Source: Euglena gracilis (Eukaryota). From it: a DNA stretch of 20,000 bases. Position 1 is the first letter of the stretch, and every line of letters starts with the position of its first letter. Below the pieces are notes generated by a model. It ran no database searches and was not told where the DNA came from. It saw nothing but the letters and a program-made list of their open reading frames with translations. The position numbers and the translations under genes were made by a program. Location: contig CP154954.1 of the NCBI GenBank assembly GCA_039621445.1, positions 9,866,951-9,886,950 of the forward strand. The letters are read 5' to 3'. Shown in pieces: positions 1-20,000 of this stretch.

Positions 1-64
1 TGAGGCAACGGGAACCTTGGGTCGCACCCAGTCCCCAAACTGCCGAGGTTAACCTCAATTGGGC

Positions 65-18889
<18,825 letters not shown>

Positions 18890-18981
18890 TCTCGCATTGC
18901 TAAGTTGTGCTCATCGTTGTCGAAATGCAAGTGTGCTGGGGTCTGGGGACATCAAGTCCCCTTGCATTCATTTAACACGAA

Positions 18982-19266
<285 letters not shown>

Positions 19267-19592
19267 TGGAAGGTAAAGTAATGCGTGTTTGGGTGTAATC
19301 GCTCACTTTCTTAGGCGGCGCTGATTGCCCAACTGATTTTTGAGTTTTTTGACGTTTTTTGGCTGTTTTAAAACCCCCCTAAAAGGGCACAAAATTCTGG
19401 GCTGGGAGGGGTTTGTGGCAGCTTTGGGCCAAAATTTTCCGAAAGTGGTTTTGCGCGGTATTCCGCTTAAACAATTTACGATTGTGTGTGAATTGTGTGA
19501 GTTGGGGGTGTATTAGAAATGTTTGAAATGGCTGGAAAAACACTGACTTTGAATGGGTGTGACATGGGGCTGTGTTTTCATGGTTTATGTTA

Positions 19593-19990
19593 CCTCCCCC
19601 CCCCCTTGTCTAAGCACCGGAAAAGATGGGTAAGAACCGGGGGGGTGGTGCTTATTTTGCCAAAATATGGGTAAGAACCAGGGGAGTGGTGCTTAGACAA
19701 GGGGGAAAAATTTGAATGCAAAAAAAATCCGGCGCTTCGCGCCGAAAAGGAAAAATTCCCCTTATTTTGGAGGCCCACCGTTGAACTCACACACATCTGG
19801 ATACAGAAATCAGCAAAACCTCACCAAATCAGGTCTCAGAAGTTGCAAAGATTTCGAAATTTTTGAGAAATTTCCCTTAAAAATGCACACAAAATAAACC
19901 TCCCCGTGACGATGACCTTTAAAAAGATGGGTAAGAACCGGGGGGGTGGTGCTTAGACAAGGGTGGTGCTTAGACAAAGGGGGGGGGAGG
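19593..19990. mobile_element. TA-flanked (Tc1/mariner-type) MITE
   Basis: TIR CCTCCnTTGTCTAAGCACC / GGTGCTTAGACAAAGnAGG with TA on both sides; internal repeats ATGGGTAAGAACC and GGTGCTTAGACAAG. Confidence 0.8.
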
Positions 19991-20000
19991 TAATAACGAC

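Overview
Eukaryotic nuclear DNA, most likely from a euglenid (Euglena-like; inferred from intron type, G/C homopolymers and microsatellites). Almost the whole window is one minus-strand gene. I assembled by hand 23 short GC-rich exons (65-18214, about 880 aa) plus 2 less certain upstream exons. They encode a protein with 7 IQ calmodulin-binding motifs, a B-box zinc finger and E-x3-R-x2-hydrophobic helical repeats. Nearly all introns lack GT-AG borders. Their ends instead base-pair with a fixed geometry: 3 nt, then C(A/G)(G) ... (C)(T/C)G, then 5 (sometimes 6) nt. This matches euglenid nonconventional introns. The most striking observation is that three introns are flanked by 8/8, 8/8 and 7/8 8-bp direct repeats that the splice sites split 5+3. 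Free MITEs inside other introns carry the same CA(G)...(C)TG termini and 8-bp TSDs. This suggests hAT-like MITEs become introns whose excision restores the original coding sequence. The long HT/MYVC/CV-type ORFs in the track are microsatellite artefacts. All exon boundaries are manual predictions without transcript evidence.
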